From Dehalococcoidia bacterium (GTDB taxonomy: Bacteria; Chloroflexota; Dehalococcoidia; Lucifugimonadales; UBA3495), in contig JBJKVO010000001.1 of NCBI GenBank assembly GCA_045562555.1, positions 66,064 to 130,063 on the forward strand: a DNA stretch of 64,000 bases, given 5' to 3'. Of this stretch, positions 45,593 to 53,626 are shown one piece after another. The notes beneath the pieces are model-generated. The model was not told the DNA's origin. It did not search any database and saw only the letters and a program-made list of their open reading frames with translations. A program made the position numbers and the translations under genes. Each line of letters begins with the position of its first letter. Position 1 is the stretch's first letter.

Positions 45593-46834
45593 ATGCTAAT
45601 AGGACACTTCACAGAACAGCCATGGCAGGATGATACCTCCGGATTGATGGGGACGCAAAGCACTGACTTAGGGATTAGCAATTCGTTTTACAATCCAGCT
45701 GTAGGTGCTAGCTTATACAACCGATATTTAGATGAAAAGCTTTACGCTGAAGAAATGGGATTTGATGCATTTATGTTGAATGAGCATCACAGTACTCCAT
45801 TTTGTATGCAAGGTGTAACTAACATAGGAGCTGCAATACTAGCTCGTCAGACCAAAAAAGCTAAGATAATCATACTGGGTAATGTGCTTCCTATTTGGGA
45901 CGATCCTTTGTGGCTTGCCGAACAATTGTCGATGATAGATATGATTTCATATGGCAGATTGGTGTCTGGTTTCGTACGAGGGGGAGGCAGAGAGAGTTTT
46001 GCTCACAATGCACCACCGCACTTTAATAGAGAAAGATTTGAAGAAGCACATGATTTCATAATTAAGGCTTGGACTGAGCCAGGGCCTTGGAGATGGGAAG
46101 GCAAACACTATCAATATAGATATGTTAACCCTTGGGCCAGACCTTTACAGCAACCACATCCTCAGATTTGGATTCCCTCAACGGTTAGTGTGGAAACTGT
46201 TAAATGGACAGCTGAGCATCGGTATCCATTAGTCTTATTAGCAACAAAATTGGAGCCTACTAGAGATGCATTTCAACTCTATCATGACACTGCTAAGGAG
46301 AATGGTTATAAGTCAGGTACTCAAAATCTAGCATACTTGTTTAAAGTCCATGTGGATGAGACAGAAGAGAAAGCAGATGAAGTAGCTAGAAAATACTTGT
46401 CAGGTGTTAGTAATCCATTCCTGGCAGGTAATGAAGGTCAAATCAACCCTGCTATTATGAGCCTTCCTGGTCATACTTCTAGAACTTCCAATAGGTTGCA
46501 GGCAGCATCTTTTGGTCCTGCAGGGCGATTCGGTACTAATAGACGACCTTATGAGGACCAGGTGGAGGATTTGACAATTATAAGTGGCACTCCTAAAACT
46601 GTGCTTCCTAAAATTAGACACGTCTTAGAATACTTGAGACCTGGCAGCATATTTTTCTGGGACGGTGATGGGGCGATGACTCATGAGGATCAGATGCGTA
46701 GCTTAAGACTCATGGGTGAAGAAGTAATACCGGCAGTTCGAGAAATGGGTAAAGAACTGGAATTATTTAGTTCTTTCGAAGTTGATCCTAGGACTGGAGA
46801 AAAAATTGAAACTTCAACAGAGGTTGCTAGTTAG
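45593..46834 (+). CDS. LLM-class flavin-dependent oxidoreductase (long form)
   Basis: The length is 413 aa. It has NEHHSTPF and GRLVSGFVRGG. A GAGGAG RBS is present. Confidence 0.6.
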   Translation: MLIGHFTEQPWQDDTSGLMGTQSTDLGISNSFYNPAVGASLYNRYLDEKLYAEEMGFDAFMLNEHHSTPFCMQGVTNIGAAILARQTKKAKIIILGNVLPIWDDPLWLAEQLSMIDMISYGRLVSGFVRGGGRESFAHNAPPHFNRERFEEAHDFIIKAWTEPGPWRWEGKHYQYRYVNPWARPLQQPHPQIWIPSTVSVETVKWTAEHRYPLVLLATKLEPTRDAFQLYHDTAKENGYKSGTQNLAYLFKVHVDETEEKADEVARKYLSGVSNPFLAGNEGQINPAIMSLPGHTSRTSNRLQAASFGPAGRFGTNRRPYEDQVEDLTIISGTPKTVLPKIRHVLEYLRPGSIFFWDGDGAMTHEDQMRSLRLMGEEVIPAVREMGKELELFSSFEVDPRTGEKIETSTEVAS

Positions 46835-47705
46835 AATGTATCACTGATATGAGTTTATCTATTGAATCACCAGAGTCATTAGATACATTGATATTAATCA
46901 GATTAAGTCCTAGGCCTAATTGGTATACATGCTCAAACAATCCAACTTTGTTCGCAGCATCTAGTCGCTCAATTGTTATCGGTACCTGCACGTCATCAAT
47001 TGTTAATTTCGCGTCAGGAGATGTTAGGCCAGAAATTTGTACGTAAGAAGAGCTGATCACAGTTTGATTTAATGGCTGAGTGATGCTTATGAACAAAGTT
47101 TGTGGGGCTGACTTAAAAATATTTATGGTTTTTGTGATTAGCGATTCGCCTGCTGATTTAGATTCTATTGTAAATTGGTTGATGCCAGTGACTAATTCTA
47201 CTTCAGAATAAAAATTGCCCTGTGTATCGATTTGAGATATTGATTCGTTGATTGTTATGTTCGTACCTGGATCAGAGATCCCATAAATTATTACAGAATC
47301 AGAAGTGAACGAAGTATTGTTCAAAGGTCCTAGGATTTCCAGTATCGGGTCTATAGTTTCCGTAGGTGTTACTTTAGTTGACGCTGGTGCTGGAGTAGGC
47401 GAATTTGTTGGAGGAAAGCTTGTAGGAGACACTGCTTCAGTAGGGGCTGGAATTGCAGTAGGGACTGGAATTGCAGTAGGGGCTGGAGTATTAGGGGTTA
47501 TATCTAGAGTAGCCTCAGGAATGATATTAACTACTGGTTGTGTGGGCATTATTACCTGTAATTTTGCCACATTAGGCTTAGTATTGTTTGTAATAGATTC
47601 TCTTGAAATGCTAGTTACGCACCCTATTGATGCAGGTACTAACAGTATTATAATCATGATTAAAAATACTAATTTAAGATTATAGTAGTTTCTAAAAAGG
47701 GTCAT
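46827..47705 (-). CDS. secreted or membrane-anchored protein with Pro/Thr-rich linker and two Ig-like repeats
   Basis: The length is 292 aa. It has an N-terminal hydrophobic anchor ending ...ASIGC (weak lipobox), a PT-rich linker with PTAIPV/PTAIPA repeats, and two similar beta-rich modules (IYGISDPGTNITINE... / ISGLTSPDAKLTIDD...). Confidence 0.5.
   Translation of the reverse strand: MTLFRNYYNLKLVFLIMIIILLVPASIGCVTSISRESITNNTKPNVAKLQVIMPTQPVVNIIPEATLDITPNTPAPTAIPVPTAIPAPTEAVSPTSFPPTNSPTPAPASTKVTPTETIDPILEILGPLNNTSFTSDSVIIYGISDPGTNITINESISQIDTQGNFYSEVELVTGINQFTIESKSAGESLITKTINIFKSAPQTLFISITQPLNQTVISSSYVQISGLTSPDAKLTIDDVQVPITIERLDAANKVGLFEHVYQLGLGLNLININVSNDSGDSIDKLISVIHSN
47440..47490. repeat. 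18-bp in-frame tandem repeat, about 2.8 copies, inside the PT-rich linker
   Basis: The copies are gtaggggctggaattgca / gtagggactggaattgca / gtaggggctggagta. On the minus strand they encode PTAIP(V/A). Confidence 0.85.
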
Positions 47706-47709
47706 GGGA

Positions 47710-48681
47710 TTACGAATTCCTTGTCAAGGGCATACTAAGGGTAAATTCAGTATAAGAATCCTTAGTTTGGTGATTCTCGCTTCGCACGGATAATTTACCT
47801 CCGTATCCTGTAGCCAATGTGTGAGCTATGAATAAGCCTAACCCAGAAGTAGTCTTCTCTTCTCCTCGGCCGATTTCTGGAGTCCATCCTCTATCGAATA
47901 TGAGTTTTTGGTAAGGTTCTTCAATTCCTGGTCCGTCATCTCTAACTTTGACCTTGAATGTATCTTCATTCTTGATTAGGCATATCTCTATACTTCTGGC
48001 GGCATATCGAATAGTGTTGTCAACTAGATTAGTAACTATGTGCTCTATAGCTGCACTATTAGAAGGAACCACTCCGAAAGAAGGAGGCTCACTCCACCAA
48101 GTAATTTCTTTTCCGCTTTCTTTTGCTACCGGAGAATATCTATCGACAATTTTCCGAATAATGGATTCTGGTTCTACAGGTTGAATTTCTGATGATGGGG
48201 TAGGAAGTTCTAATTGAACTAAAGCTTGTATGTTAGACATCATAAGTCGGAAATTAGGCACTTGTCTCTCTATTTCGTCTAGTAAATCTATTGTGGCATT
48301 GGAGCCTTCTTCATCAGTCGACAAAGATGCACGTAGTTCTCTTTCTTTCCCTAAAATCCTGCTTAGTGGCCTACCTAGATCGTGGTGAAATAGTTCAAAA
48401 TACCGTTGAGTTATCATGCTCCATTGTTCAATAGTGCCTCTATCTACTCCTGTAGAAGTTTTTGTGCCTATAAATCTGGGCAATATATATGCACTTAGAA
48501 TGAGTCCGGAACCAAATAGAACGACAATTAATCCCGCGTATGTTAGGGGTTCGATGATTAAAACGTAAGGAAAATATTCAGTACTGAACAAGGGAGACAT
48601 TAGTACTAATAGTAATCCAGCAAATCCTATAGAAGCTCCTACGAGTTTTGCGATACGTTGTAATTTAGGGTAATTATACAT
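47710..48681 (-). CDS. sensor histidine kinase, intramembrane-sensing type
   Basis: The length is 323 aa. It has two N-terminal TM helices separated by only a few residues, the H-box FELFHHDLGRPLS, and HATPase motifs (DNTIRYA, DDGPGI, GLGLFIA). Confidence 0.8.
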   Translation of the reverse strand: MYNYPKLQRIAKLVGASIGFAGLLLVLMSPLFSTEYFPYVLIIEPLTYAGLIVVLFGSGLILSAYILPRFIGTKTSTGVDRGTIEQWSMITQRYFELFHHDLGRPLSRILGKERELRASLSTDEEGSNATIDLLDEIERQVPNFRLMMSNIQALVQLELPTPSSEIQPVEPESIIRKIVDRYSPVAKESGKEITWWSEPPSFGVVPSNSAAIEHIVTNLVDNTIRYAARSIEICLIKNEDTFKVKVRDDGPGIEEPYQKLIFDRGWTPEIGRGEEKTTSGLGLFIAHTLATGYGGKLSVRSENHQTKDSYTEFTLSMPLTRNS

Positions 48682-49476
48682 TTAGGAATTTTCTGGAGGA
48701 GACAAACGGTAACCTTGATCACGGATGTTCATGATTAGGTCGTTTGCGCCAAAACGTACTCCCATAGATTTACCTAGGGAATCTTTTATTTCCCTAATGC
48801 GTACGCGGAGTGATGCTCGAGCTTCTTCTCCTTCAAAGTATCTTTCAAGTCTACTGAACGGTACAAGCTCTGCTGGACTTTTGTACCAGGTTGTAGCTAG
48901 TTCTCTTAATATTTCGAATTTAATTCCGTTAATGTCATCGATCAAAGTCTGAGTACCGTCATCAGACTTTACGTATACAACTTTATTATTTATATCTAAA
49001 GATATTTTATTTCCTAAACTCATTGAATCAGGGGTGTCACCAATGAGTCGCCTTAGCCTTAAGATTACTTCATCCGCTCCTGCTAATTTGTCTATAAAAT
49101 CTACAGGAGAATTCCACTGTAAAGTTCCTTTAACTGCTATCTCTCTTTCTGGTCCCTGAGCATATTGAGTGAACATCAAAACTGGAAGTTTAGGATAAAG
49201 CCTTACTATTTTCTGCAGAATTTCAAGACCTTTGAATTGATCATCTTTATGCTCTCCAAATCTTACGTCTAGTAACACTCCGTCAGGACTGGAATCTTCG
49301 ATCGCGTAGAGAGCGAAACTTTCGTAATTGTCTCCATTCTTGTGTGCATCCCCTAAATCTAGACATTCAGTAGCCCATCCCTCTTCTTCGAGTTTACGAC
49401 ACATATGTTTGACGATAGGAGACTCCCATTCGTCATCAATAACAAGTATTAATCCTTGTTTGGTTTCTGTTGACAT
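48682..49476 (-). CDS. response regulator with OmpR-type winged-helix DNA-binding domain
   Basis: The length is 264 aa. The receiver has VIDDE...LLDVRF...MFTQ...DFIDK. The C-terminal trans_reg_C-like segment is LRVRIREIKDSL...GYRL. Its stop abuts the kinase start. Confidence 0.75.
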   Translation of the reverse strand: MSTETKQGLILVIDDEWESPIVKHMCRKLEEEGWATECLDLGDAHKNGDNYESFALYAIEDSSPDGVLLDVRFGEHKDDQFKGLEILQKIVRLYPKLPVLMFTQYAQGPEREIAVKGTLQWNSPVDFIDKLAGADEVILRLRRLIGDTPDSMSLGNKISLDINNKVVYVKSDDGTQTLIDDINGIKFEILRELATTWYKSPAELVPFSRLERYFEGEEARASLRVRIREIKDSLGKSMGVRFGANDLIMNIRDQGYRLSPPENS

Positions 49477-49631
49477 CTAAAATTACACTTTCAAGCTTAA
49501 AATTGATGATATTTTAATTTATAATGTTGCCATCAGTCGTGGATTTCATAGTCTGAATTATATCAATATTTAGATTATAAGTGGCTATGTTGGGTTTGGA
49601 TAAACAATTAATGGATTGATAAAGGTTTAAT

Positions 49632-50522
49632 ATGGACATTGGGATCATATTTCCGCAAACCGAAATAGAGACAGGGAAAGCTGCTATAGTCCAATTCGCT
49701 CAAGCGGCGGAAGATTTAGGATTTTCCCATATTTTTATGGCTGATCATGTGCTTGGTGCTGATCCTGAGGTGCATGAACATGTTAGGAATCATTACTACA
49801 CTCATGACAGTATCATCAACGAAGTATTTGTTACTTTAGGATTTATATCTGCAATTACTGAGCGAATTGGTTTAATGACAGGCATTTTAATCCTGCCCCA
49901 GCGTAGTGCTGCATTAGTTGCGAAGCAGGCCGCTGAAATAGCAATACTTAGTAGTAACAGATTTAGATTGGGAATCGGAGTTGGATGGAATCATGTGGAA
50001 TTTGAGGCCCTTGGTATGGATTTTCAAAACAGAGGTCCATTTGTTACTGAGCAGATCCAATTGATTAAAGAATTATGGTGCAAAGATATTGTAGACTTTC
50101 ACGGTAAATGGCATGATGTAAGCAAAGCTGGGCTGAACCCGCGCCCCAGTGAAATGATACCATTGTGGCTAGGTGCAGGTAGTAGCTTTTTCCCGAAACC
50201 TCCTAATGTAGTGCTGCAAAGAGTCGCTGAGTACGCAGATGGATGGTGTCCAAATTTTGAACCGGATGATCAAGGTAGGGAAATTGTGACTAAAGTTAAT
50301 GGGATGATGGAAGAAAACGGTAGGGATCCAAAGACTTTATTACTAGAAGGTAGGATTAGAACTTCTGGAAAGACTCCTGATGATATAAAAAGAGAGATTG
50401 AACAATGGAGAGAATTGGGAGCTAGTCATATTGGAATTGAAAATAGAAGAGGCGGAATAAAAGGTATACAATCACATTTGGAAGCTATGAATGATTTCGT
50501 AACTCAAGTTGGATTTAATTAA
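49632..50522 (+). CDS. LLM-class oxidoreductase, probably F420-dependent
   Basis: The length is 296 aa. It has FMADH and NRFRLGIGVGWNHVEFEALG. Confidence 0.65.
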   Translation: MDIGIIFPQTEIETGKAAIVQFAQAAEDLGFSHIFMADHVLGADPEVHEHVRNHYYTHDSIINEVFVTLGFISAITERIGLMTGILILPQRSAALVAKQAAEIAILSSNRFRLGIGVGWNHVEFEALGMDFQNRGPFVTEQIQLIKELWCKDIVDFHGKWHDVSKAGLNPRPSEMIPLWLGAGSSFFPKPPNVVLQRVAEYADGWCPNFEPDDQGREIVTKVNGMMEENGRDPKTLLLEGRIRTSGKTPDDIKREIEQWRELGASHIGIENRRGGIKGIQSHLEAMNDFVTQVGFN

Positions 50523-50543
50523 CATAATATTTAAGGAGAAAAA

Positions 50544-50903
50544 ATGAGTTTTTATAGAATTTACACAGGTGATGACAATCAATCTCACATAGAAGAACTA
50601 GATATGAAATTCGCGCCATTTACCGACGTAGAAGGTGCTTTTGGAGTTGGAACCGAGCTGTTCCCATCTAAAGGCATAACATTCAGGATTGCAGAAGCAG
50701 GATATGAATTAGAGTGGCACTGTGCGCCTAGAAAACAATTTACCATATCATTGTCTGGTACTGCTGAAATTGAATTGGGGGATGGTACAAAACAGGTAGT
50801 AAATGCCGGAGATGTTTTGCTCGCTGAGGATTTAACCGGCCAAGGCCATATCACTAGAGTGATCAGTAAAGAACCAAGAGTCCACGCAGTGGTCCATTTA
50901 TAG
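50544..50903 (+). CDS. cupin-fold protein
   Basis: The length is 119 aa and beta-rich. It has ELEWHCAPRKQFTISLSG...VNAGDVLLAED. An AAGGAG RBS is present. Confidence 0.45.
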   Translation: MSFYRIYTGDDNQSHIEELDMKFAPFTDVEGAFGVGTELFPSKGITFRIAEAGYELEWHCAPRKQFTISLSGTAEIELGDGTKQVVNAGDVLLAEDLTGQGHITRVISKEPRVHAVVHL

Positions 50904-50904
50904 G

Positions 50905-51975
50905 CTAATCAACAAGTGGAATTACGTCTTCTGCTACCCTAATACATTCTTCGACATGAGGAAAACCTGAGAGTATAAATTCTTCTATTCCTAAGGCTTT
51001 GTATTTCGATAATTCTTCTGCAACTGTTTCCGGTGTTCCTACGATAGCAGTTCCGCAGTTGACTCTAACTTCGGACAACCCATTCCACAAATGTTCAGAA
51101 ACTTTGTGATCTTTGACTCGTTGGGATTGGGCTACTTGTCCTACCATAGCTGTTCCTTGCGTAGAATTATTTCTTTGCGCTTTAACTTTGGGAGCGGCAA
51201 GAGATATTAATTCATCAGCTGCTTTCCATGCTTCCTCTTCGGTGTTACGAACTATAAGGTGGGTCCTCAATCCTAATCTTGGTTCACGATTGTTGGCTTG
51301 AAAACTTTCTTTCAGTTTATCTATAAGAACGGTGAACGGCTCTAAAGGTTCTATCCAGTTTAGATGGATGTCGGCTAATTTCCCGGACATATCTATTGCT
51401 CTGGGAGAGGCCCCTCCCAAATAGAACAGAGGAGGATGGTGTTTTGGCCTAGGGGAGCAGTATGCATTATTAAGCTTATAAAAGTCACCATTGAATTCTA
51501 TGGGGCCATCTTGGGTCCACAATTTTTGGCAAGCCTGAATGAATTCTACAGCTCGTTCATATCGAGCATCATGATCAATGTACTGTCCAAGTCGTTCAAA
51601 ATCGTTCTGGATTCCTCCTGGGACAATATTGATATCTATTCTCCCATTTGAAATCTGGTGTAAAGCTCCAGCCATTTGCGCAAATAGACCTACGGGAATA
51701 AACCCCGGTCTTACTGCAATCAAGAATCTTATTTTCTGTGTGACGGCCGCGAGTGCAGTCGCAGTGGTCCATGTTTCTGCCAAAGGAGATGCTTCCAGGA
51801 ATAAACCGTTAGCAAAGCGTGTAGGTATGAGCAAAGAATAGAAATTATGTTTTTCTGCCGTTTTAACTACGTTTGAAAGGTATTCAAAAGTGGGCTCTCT
51901 CTCAGGAAATTCGGTACCTGCGTGATAGCCGTCTCCATCTATTGGTATGAACCAGCTGAATTTGGTGTTGCTCAT
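50905..51975 (-). CDS. FMNH2-dependent monooxygenase, SsuD (alkanesulfonate monooxygenase)-like LLM
   Basis: The length is 356 aa. It is collinear with E. coli SsuD end to end as I recall it (FSWFIPIDGDGYHAGT vs FWFLPTHGDGHYLGT; IRFLIAVRPG; LIVRNTEEEAWKAADELIS; GTAIVGTPETVAEEL; ILSGFPHVEE). Confidence 0.7.
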   Translation of the reverse strand: MSNTKFSWFIPIDGDGYHAGTEFPEREPTFEYLSNVVKTAEKHNFYSLLIPTRFANGLFLEASPLAETWTTATALAAVTQKIRFLIAVRPGFIPVGLFAQMAGALHQISNGRIDINIVPGGIQNDFERLGQYIDHDARYERAVEFIQACQKLWTQDGPIEFNGDFYKLNNAYCSPRPKHHPPLFYLGGASPRAIDMSGKLADIHLNWIEPLEPFTVLIDKLKESFQANNREPRLGLRTHLIVRNTEEEAWKAADELISLAAPKVKAQRNNSTQGTAMVGQVAQSQRVKDHKVSEHLWNGLSEVRVNCGTAIVGTPETVAEELSKYKALGIEEFILSGFPHVEECIRVAEDVIPLVD

Positions 51976-52173
51976 TGTATTAAGTTCTCTTCTGTTTTGG
52001 GTTTTCTTAGGTTTGGCTTGTTAGTATTTGATGTAAATGGCTCTGCATTATTGATAGATTGCGCTGATGTCTCAACCCAATAATCATATGTGATATGAAA
52101 TTTTTGTAAAGGTCTGGTATTTCTTGGTTGTATTTGATATGCAAGTACTAACTCCTTAAAAAGGATTCCAAGG

Positions 52174-53019
52174 TTAGGATACAGAGCGATTCCCTTCTTC
52201 TTTATTGTACCAAACACCCATAATAATAGCTGCGGCGATTACGTTCATCATGTCTCCAGACATCCATAGTATTAGTCCTCCAATTCGTTGATCCATTATT
52301 AACGATACAGGAATAGGACTATTTAATGGGTCATAGGCGGTATAAAAAGCTGTGCCGGAAAATGTTATTAGTGAGCCTAGGAAAGTGTTTGGAAATATTA
52401 ATAAGCCTAGGAATAAAATACGCACACCGTAATGCAATCTTGATTGATGAGGGTGACTATCAATCATAAGCCACCAGAATAGAAGACTAGAGACTATCAT
52501 AGTTATATGCATTACTTGATGCACGTAGATATTTGCTACAGATAAGTTGTGGATGAATGAAACTTGCCATATATATAGAATTAACATATACAGAATTACT
52601 GTGACTATTGGTGTGGTTATGAAATTATAGTAGGCATTCACTCCTCTTGAATTCATTATAGGATTAAATATCTTGTTAAATGCCCAGTTAGGTACCCCTC
52701 TTAGTAAAGGGGTCACTGGATTACCAAGCAGGAAGAGCGGCGGAAATATCATTCGAATAAGCGCATGCTGTATTTGATGGATTATAAAACTATCATCCGC
52801 ATAAAGGTCTATAGGTGGTTCCAATGACAGAAATAGAGCTAATATAGATAGGTGGAAACTGATTTTTTGCCATACTGATATTTTATTTGAAGGGTTTGGA
52901 TTGTTTTTGATTCCTTTGTTGTAAAACCAAATTAGACCAACACACAAAATTAATGGCACTATGTTCACATAATAAAAAGGGAACGGTATATCTAGAAAAC
53001 CTACGTGATTTAGATGCAT
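52174..53019 (-). CDS. ctaG: cytochrome c oxidase assembly factor CtaG-like membrane protein (Caa3_CtaG/CopD-like)
   Basis: The length is 281 aa and it is polytopic. It has the motif IIHQIQHALIRMIFPPLFLLGNP, plus a second HQVMH. Confidence 0.55.
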   Translation of the reverse strand: MHLNHVGFLDIPFPFYYVNIVPLILCVGLIWFYNKGIKNNPNPSNKISVWQKISFHLSILALFLSLEPPIDLYADDSFIIHQIQHALIRMIFPPLFLLGNPVTPLLRGVPNWAFNKIFNPIMNSRGVNAYYNFITTPIVTVILYMLILYIWQVSFIHNLSVANIYVHQVMHITMIVSSLLFWWLMIDSHPHQSRLHYGVRILFLGLLIFPNTFLGSLITFSGTAFYTAYDPLNSPIPVSLIMDQRIGGLILWMSGDMMNVIAAAIIMGVWYNKEEGNRSVS

Positions 53020-53021
53020 TC

Positions 53022-53552
53022 TTAGCTACTTGATCTTCTTTTTCTATTAGGAGCAGTTAGGTAAATTAAGAAAGCGCCAATAGCAATTACAAGAGCAACT
53101 GCCCAGAACACAATAGTTCCGGCTGAAAAGCTGGCGTTTTCTTTAATGAAGATATCTTCTACATCAATCGTCCTACTAGTTAAGTCATTGGTGATTTCAA
53201 GGGATGATGACCAAAAACCGGGTGATTTGAGATTGAGTTCTGCTATGTAAATATTTGAATTTTCATCCAAAGGTATAGCATGTGCCCACCCTTTGTCTTC
53301 AGACGAAGAATGATCTACTAAAATTTTAACTTTGGGATCAGTAGCAGGTAAGTCTGTTACATGATCAAATAATTGTACGGTTACAGTGACTTTTTCTAGC
53401 GAAATACCTGATGTGTTTTGATGATATAAAATTTTGTACGGAGGACTGATAATTTCAGTAGCGGAGTCTTGCGCAATGAGATCTGCCGGGTACAGGGTTA
53501 TAAATAATAATAAAAGAAACGAAGGGACATATTTCAATTGGGCCAAAGTCAA
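53022..53552 (-). CDS. signal-peptide protein with beta-rich ectodomain and C-terminal TM anchor (YtkA/FixH-like guess)
   Basis: The length is 176 aa with a TTG start. It has an N-terminal signal sequence and a C-terminal TM (IVFWAVALVIAIGAFLIYL) followed by the basic tail NRKRRSSS. It ends 2 nt before the ctaG-like start. Confidence 0.4.
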   Translation of the reverse strand: MTLAQLKYVPSFLLLLFITLYPADLIAQDSATEIISPPYKILYHQNTSGISLEKVTVTVQLFDHVTDLPATDPKVKILVDHSSSEDKGWAHAIPLDENSNIYIAELNLKSPGFWSSSLEITNDLTSRTIDVEDIFIKENASFSAGTIVFWAVALVIAIGAFLIYLTAPNRKRRSSS

Positions 53553-53626
53553 ATTTTTTCACCTTTTTGATATTTAAGTAAGGTCTGTAGTACTGATTTA
53601 TTACGGACCTTACTTAAATTATACTC

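Noticed and set aside
47305-47685. 126-aa plus-strand Gly/Val/Ala-rich ORF
   Set aside because: It is antisense to the Pro/Thr-rich linker of 46827-47705, so the repeat-driven open frame is an artefact. Other long antisense ORFs were rejected for the same reason, because they lie inside well-supported genes on the opposite strand: 63299-63748, 26910-27263, 11457-11930, 2690-3082, 28075-28416 and 31333-31635.
51972-52217. 81-aa minus-strand ORF bridging the ctaG-like stop and the SsuD-like start
   Set aside because: It overlaps both neighbouring genes, has a low-complexity composition and lacks an RBS. The 198-bp region is more plausibly the promoter and leader of the LLM gene.
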